In this document: one piece after another, positions 59,379 through 64,000 of the stretch | How positions within the stretch are numbered: the first letter of the stretch is position 1 | Layout of the letters: each line of letters begins with the position of its first letter | Source of the DNA: Candidatus Poriferihabitaceae bacterium | GTDB taxonomy: Bacteria > Pseudomonadota > Gammaproteobacteria > Arenicellales > Poriferihabitantaceae | Assembly (NCBI GenBank): GCA_965237995.1 | Contig: CBDEGO010000004.1 | Location: forward strand, 451,780 to 515,779 | Length of the DNA: 64,000 bases | Reading direction: 5' to 3' | The notes under the pieces: generated by a model | Database searches by the model: none | The model's input: only the letters and a program-made list of their open reading frames with translations | What the model was told of the DNA's origin: nothing | Position numbers and translations under genes: made by a program

Positions 59379-61427
59379 ATGCAGAGTTATTACGATTGGC
59401 AAAGCCTTATTAAGCAGGCAAACCAGCAGCTAGATCAGTTTGACGTCATTAGTTTTGATGTGTTTGACACGCTGTTTATTCGCAGAGTGCCCGACCCGAA
59501 CATGATCAAAATTCCAGTGGCACAAATGATTAGCAATGCAGCTAATCAACTCGGGATTCATATTACACCCCGTGAAGTGCGTCAATTACGAAACAAAATC
59601 GAACAACAGCATCGCGATCGCAACGGTCAGTCGCACCCCGACTTTGAAGCGCGGTACGACGATTTCATGCAAGAAGTGCTTGAGCATGTTTTTGGTTCTG
59701 CTTTGCCATCAACGCTATTTAAACAAGTAGCCCAATTCGAAACCGACATGGAAAGCAGTATGATCGTGGTGCGCCAAGAAGCACTCGAGTGGATCAAACA
59801 GCTGCATAACAAAGGCAAACGACTGCTGCTCATTTCTGACATTTATCTAGGCGCAAAATATATTCAAGCTATCGCAACAAACAAAGGCATATTCGATTAT
59901 TTTGAAGCGATTATTTCTTCGGCTGACACCTTTAAGGCCAAAGCCTCAGGAGCAGCTTGGCCGATGATAGAACAGCAGTATAGTTTACCTAAAGATAAAT
60001 GGCTACATATCGGAGACAATGCGCACTCTGATTACAATAAGCCGATTGAATTTGGCATTCAAGCGTTGCACTTGCGTGACATCGGCGAGCATCATCGCCT
60101 ATCTCTAGCTACGCGCTACAACTATTACGCTTCGCAACGCGATTTCTGGAAAGGCCGGAACCAGCTGCAATGGATGTTGCCATTAGAGCATGAAAATAAA
60201 GATAAGCCCCCCTTGTATACGGATGGCTTTGGATTCTTTGGATACCTCATTAGCTTTTTTATTCACCGCCTAATGGAGCGCTGCAAAGACGAAGACATTG
60301 AACGCGTTTACTTTTGCGCTCGCGAAGGTTGGCTGTTCAAACAAGTATGGGATGCGATGACACCTTGGTTCTTCCCACTAGGTAACGCTCCAAAAGCCAG
60401 CTATCTTTACATTAGCCGAATGGGTGTGGCGTCCGCCGCTTGCGCGCATCAGGGGCTTTCCCCGCTGAACGCCCATGTGGCGCGATTCCCAGCAGGAAAT
60501 CGAGATTTTAAGGATATTTGCCGAATATTTAAATTAGACGCTGAAACTCTAGCTCCGCATTTAGCAAAGTATGATCTAAAAACAGATGACCCAATTGGCT
60601 TTAATTCTGCCGACTACGATCAATCAGCCGATGAGAAGTTTGCGCATGTCTTGGATGATGAAGCCTTTCAATCTGCGGTAAAACAACAAACAAATGCAGA
60701 CAACCAAGCGTTTCAACTTTATTTAGAAAGCGAAGATTTTTTCGAGCAAGACAAAGTCGCCTTGGTAGACATCGGCTGGTTAGGCACCATTCAGCATTAT
60801 CTTTCTGACGCCATAGAACCGCGCAAAGACAAGCCCCGTATTTTTGGGTTCACCCTCGGCGCCATTCGCGCAACGCCTTATCGCAATGATTTCAATAATA
60901 GCTTAGAAGGCTTGGTTTACGACGCTCATCGTTTAAGCTTTTATACGTCGATGACGAACACCATCAAACCTGTTCTAGAAGAAATTTGTCGTGCGCCTCA
61001 CCCAACTTTAGTGGCATACAAGATTGTAGGCGGCAAGCCAAAACTAGAGTTTCGCGATACCAGCGACGCGGTAGGCCAAGGGGAAATTAAACAAAGCGAG
61101 TACTATAAACCCCTGCATGAAGGCATTATCGCCTGTGCAAAACGGTATGCGCCTGCAACGCAAATATACAACTATAATACAGGCGAATTGAAGGCGTGGT
61201 TAAACTTTATGTATTTGGCAAAAGTGGCTTTCCCTAAAACTCAAGAAATTCAACGTGTGCGGCATGAAGCCCATCAAGACGATTTCTCAGGTCAACATCA
61301 ACCGGCTAAAAAGGCTGTTAAACAAGACCAAACTTTATGGACAATGAGTCACAGCAAGCTTAAATTTAACCCATTCACGCGGGTATTGTGGTTCATTGAT
61401 AATGCCTATCGTTTCCTAAAAGCATGA
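59379..61427 (+). CDS. Large HAD-superfamily (COG5610-like) hydrolase-domain protein
   Basis: HAD motifs I (ISFDVFDTLFIRR), II (LLLISDIY) and III/IV (K...HIGDNAHSDY) lie in the first 230 aa or so. An uncharacterised C-terminal region of about 450 aa follows. Confidence 0.6.
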   Translation: MQSYYDWQSLIKQANQQLDQFDVISFDVFDTLFIRRVPDPNMIKIPVAQMISNAANQLGIHITPREVRQLRNKIEQQHRDRNGQSHPDFEARYDDFMQEVLEHVFGSALPSTLFKQVAQFETDMESSMIVVRQEALEWIKQLHNKGKRLLLISDIYLGAKYIQAIATNKGIFDYFEAIISSADTFKAKASGAAWPMIEQQYSLPKDKWLHIGDNAHSDYNKPIEFGIQALHLRDIGEHHRLSLATRYNYYASQRDFWKGRNQLQWMLPLEHENKDKPPLYTDGFGFFGYLISFFIHRLMERCKDEDIERVYFCAREGWLFKQVWDAMTPWFFPLGNAPKASYLYISRMGVASAACAHQGLSPLNAHVARFPAGNRDFKDICRIFKLDAETLAPHLAKYDLKTDDPIGFNSADYDQSADEKFAHVLDDEAFQSAVKQQTNADNQAFQLYLESEDFFEQDKVALVDIGWLGTIQHYLSDAIEPRKDKPRIFGFTLGAIRATPYRNDFNNSLEGLVYDAHRLSFYTSMTNTIKPVLEEICRAPHPTLVAYKIVGGKPKLEFRDTSDAVGQGEIKQSEYYKPLHEGIIACAKRYAPATQIYNYNTGELKAWLNFMYLAKVAFPKTQEIQRVRHEAHQDDFSGQHQPAKKAVKQDQTLWTMSHSKLKFNPFTRVLWFIDNAYRFLKA

Positions 61428-61666
61428 AACCAACCGATTCAAATTATGATTTTGCTGGCTTGAACAGCCGCAGAGTATTGACCAACTTTTTACGATGGAA
61501 AGTCATGCCTTTTGGGTTTCTAGGCAAAGGCCCCGGTGTTGTTTGGCTGCTAAACATTGCGCTTCGTCATGGCTTTGGCAAAGCGATTGCAACAGTGCAA
61601 ATAAAACACGAAAAACCATTGGCTAACATGCGACGCTGGTTGAACAAGCTAATAAAGTCTAAATAA
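61424..61666 (+). CDS. Small basic hypothetical protein
   Basis: 80 aa. ATGA overlap with the upstream stop, and it ends 2 nt before the next gene, which suggests translational coupling. No motif recognised. Confidence 0.35.
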   Translation: MKPTDSNYDFAGLNSRRVLTNFLRWKVMPFGFLGKGPGVVWLLNIALRHGFGKAIATVQIKHEKPLANMRRWLNKLIKSK

Positions 61667-61668
61667 AA

Positions 61669-63465
61669 GTGCTCTCACTTAAAAAAGCCGCCATCAGCGG
61701 CATGATCGTATTCCTTAGTTGCCTGCTGTATTTTTCTGCAGGTGTTCAATTGATCCCTGACTCCGCTGGCCCTGATATGGACGCGCATTTAGATATCACG
61801 CGATTTATCAGCGAACAAGGTCGCCTGCCTGTGCTTCCGAAAGAGGCTGACATGCTGCACATCAGCTCAGGTGGCACTACACGCGCAACGCGCCCCCCTT
61901 TTGCATACATTGTGGGAGCGATCACCGCCAAGTTAGCACCTAGCTCGATTCACTTAAGCAACGCTTATGCCCTCGGTTCAGCCCTACTGATGGCGTTGTG
62001 CGTACTCGTTACATTTATCACTGTAGTGATGCTCTATCGACGAATCAGTTACGGCTTATTAGCCGCTACTATAATGGCCTTAATGCCGCAATTTAGCTTT
62101 ATTGCAAGCTATATTAATGATGACAGCAGTGCCATTTTTGCCGGCAGTTTGTTAACGGCAAGCATCGCCTTATTGGTTATCTACAAACTAAATCACGCGA
62201 TCGTCGCCTTCGTCGCCTTTAGCTGCGGGATCACTATTTTGTCTAAACTAAGTGCTTGGCTGCTATTACCGTTTGTTGGTTTGGCCGCACTGCTACACCT
62301 GCGTAATATCGGGCAACACTTTATCGTTTACGCACTATTGTTTTCTGCGGTATTTGTAGCAAGTGGTGCGTGGTGGCCGATCAGCAATATGTTACGTTAT
62401 GGTTTTGACGACCCCATTATGTTCGGCGTTGCAAATGCCTTGATTGAACAATTCGATAACAACCCGAACAACAATAACATTGGTTTTGCAGCGCAGGGCC
62501 AAACTTATTTCTCTTTGCTCATCGGCAATTATATGGGGTTTGTGGACAATACTTATCAGTCTACAGTTGGGTATTTAGACCAACTTCGCCTCCGATTAAC
62601 ACCGATCCAATATAGGTTCTATTTACCCATTTTCGCTATGGGTATCATTGCCTATTTAGTTCGTTTTTTCCCTCGACTTTTCTTTTCATCTAGCTCAGGT
62701 GTAGCACAAGACAGCAATAGAAATGCATTGCTATTGGAAACGTTGCTTGTACTCGCCATGCTATTCCAGGTACTGATGTACACACGCTTTAATCTACAAC
62801 AAGATATTCAGGTTCAAGGCAAATACTTGCTCCCTGCCTTTCCAGCAATCATGCTGTTATTTATTTCTGCATTAGATGCCCTACTGAAGCTTGTTAAACA
62901 GGTTTGGAACGGGCTATCAGCCAAGGTATTTAATTTCAACGTCGCAGCTACTGTTAGTTGCTTGACACTTTGTATAGCAGTGGTGGGCGTGCATACGCAT
63001 GCATTGGCTTTACATGTATTGCCTTTTTACCAGCCTCCAGCCATTCAGCTTAGCATTGAAGCTTTTCAGCCGATTGATTTATCAAACGACAATGTAATCA
63101 GAGACTTACGTGGCGCAGAACTCAAGGTCGAAGATCAGCACTGGATTTTTAACTCAAAAAAAGGCGGCGCTTATATCACTTTACATCCCACAATTTGCAC
63201 GCTGTTTGGCCCATCAACGCTCATACGAATCAGCCTGGATGCCGATCATGCCGACTACCTTAAATTTTTCTTCAATGAAGGACTGGGTCACGTTGAAAAA
63301 CACTCGGGTAAAACACATTACAAAGCCGGAGAAAGCACGTCAATATTTAGTCTAAAACATAATCACTGCCAAAATTTGCGCATCGACATCATGCGCAACC
63401 CAGGTACGGTTATTGTCGAAGAGATTGCCTTTGCCCAGTTCACCCATGTTCCTAAATACCGTTAA
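61669..63465 (+). CDS. Polytopic membrane protein, GT-C/DUF2142-like putative glycosyltransferase
   Basis: 598 aa with at least 10 TM segments and a C-terminal soluble domain. The loop motif GPDMDAHLDITRFI resembles HPDEHAHIAAAQYF in the 11383-13251 ORF. GTG start. Confidence 0.5.
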   Translation: MLSLKKAAISGMIVFLSCLLYFSAGVQLIPDSAGPDMDAHLDITRFISEQGRLPVLPKEADMLHISSGGTTRATRPPFAYIVGAITAKLAPSSIHLSNAYALGSALLMALCVLVTFITVVMLYRRISYGLLAATIMALMPQFSFIASYINDDSSAIFAGSLLTASIALLVIYKLNHAIVAFVAFSCGITILSKLSAWLLLPFVGLAALLHLRNIGQHFIVYALLFSAVFVASGAWWPISNMLRYGFDDPIMFGVANALIEQFDNNPNNNNIGFAAQGQTYFSLLIGNYMGFVDNTYQSTVGYLDQLRLRLTPIQYRFYLPIFAMGIIAYLVRFFPRLFFSSSSGVAQDSNRNALLLETLLVLAMLFQVLMYTRFNLQQDIQVQGKYLLPAFPAIMLLFISALDALLKLVKQVWNGLSAKVFNFNVAATVSCLTLCIAVVGVHTHALALHVLPFYQPPAIQLSIEAFQPIDLSNDNVIRDLRGAELKVEDQHWIFNSKKGGAYITLHPTICTLFGPSTLIRISLDADHADYLKFFFNEGLGHVEKHSGKTHYKAGESTSIFSLKHNHCQNLRIDIMRNPGTVIVEEIAFAQFTHVPKYR

Positions 63466-63470
63466 GTGTA

Positions 63471-64000
63471 ATGACTGAGATCAACGCCAGCCTCGACACC
63501 ATAAAGCCAGACCGTTTTAGCTCTTCAGATGAATATGCGGCGCGCTTTTCAGGTGATTGGGGTGCCTACTTAGTCTGGGCACAAAATAGAATTGTAGAAC
63601 CAATGCTGTCTGCCAGCGGCACACGCGTGTTAGACATTGGCGGCGGTCACGGACAGCTGATCTCTAGTTACCAAAACGCCCAACTGGAAGCCACTATTTT
63701 TGGCAGCGACGAACGCTGTTTCGGACAAATTGATCAAGCTGCTCAACCCTGCATCACGGGTGATTTAACCTCGCTCCCGTTAGACGACAAATTATTCGAC
63801 AGCGTAGTTTCAGTTAGGATGATTCCCCACTTAGACGAGTGGCAACGCGTCATCGACGAAATGTGTCGCGTCTCTAGCGATCGCGTCATAATAGAGTACC
63901 CACCCAAGGTAAGCTTTAACGCATTGACCCCGATATTATTTGGGGCTAAGAAGAAATTCGAAAAAAACACCCGCCCGTACACCTTGTTCAGTCATAAAGA
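63471..64000 (+). CDS. Class I SAM-dependent methyltransferase (3'-truncated by the window end; absent from the ORF track)
   Basis: My manual translation from the ATG at 63471 is open to the window end: MTEINASLDTIKPDRF...GTRVLDIGGGHGQLIS...FDSVVSVRMIPHL. VLDIGGGHG is SAM motif I. Confidence 0.7.
   Translation, partial: MTEINASLDTIKPDRFSSSDEYAARFSGDWGAYLVWAQNRIVEPMLSASGTRVLDIGGGHGQLISSYQNAQLEATIFGSDERCFGQIDQAAQPCITGDLTSLPLDDKLFDSVVSVRMIPHLDEWQRVIDEMCRVSSDRVIIEYPPKVSFNALTPILFGAKKKFEKNTRPYTLFSHK

Noticed and set aside
63743-63982. 79-aa minus-strand ORF at the right edge
   Set aside because: It is antisense to the open methyltransferase frame that carries a SAM-binding motif.

Overview
This is a chromosomal window from a gammaproteobacterium. 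The core gene order pilMNOPQ-aroK-aroB-(lipoproteins)-gltB-gltD-hemE matches the order I recall from Pseudomonas. I call about 60 protein genes, one FMN riboswitch, no tRNA or rRNA genes, and no CRISPR array. The left 4.9 kb is the clearly accessory part. It holds seven small, unrelated, co-directional ORFs: two GNATs, a VOC/glyoxalase, a LysE exporter, an orphan, a P-loop kinase-like protein and an OsmC. Each ORF boundary carries a related imperfect repeat with the core AAAGGGCAAC-N7-10-GTTRRRY. I read this as a chromosomal integron cassette array whose integrase and attI lie off-window to the left. Three cassettes also carry a conserved sigma70-like TTGACT-N17/18-[C/G]ATACT module just after the putative crossover point. 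Other loci worth a second look: (1) a radical-SAM / DUF547 divergent pair whose start codons are 24 bp apart; (2) a proline-racemase-family protein with Ser and Thr at the catalytic Cys positions, next to an enolase-superfamily enzyme; (3) a tight six-gene glycan-modification operon with no Wzx/Wzy/initiating transferase; (4) an FMN riboswitch followed by a RibH2-like gene and a small membrane protein; (5) a two-component system followed by an exported MsrA-MsrB fusion and a DUF1223 protein; (6) a Pot-like ABC importer in one operon with an APRT-like PRTase and a BtpA-like TIM barrel; (7) an orphan CbbQ/NorQ ATPase; (8) a folK-folP fusion; (9) a second glycosylation locus rich in GT-C-like membrane proteins that runs off the right edge, where the ORF track misses a methyltransferase. 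All calls come from reading the motifs by eye. No database searches, structure predictions or composition statistics were run.
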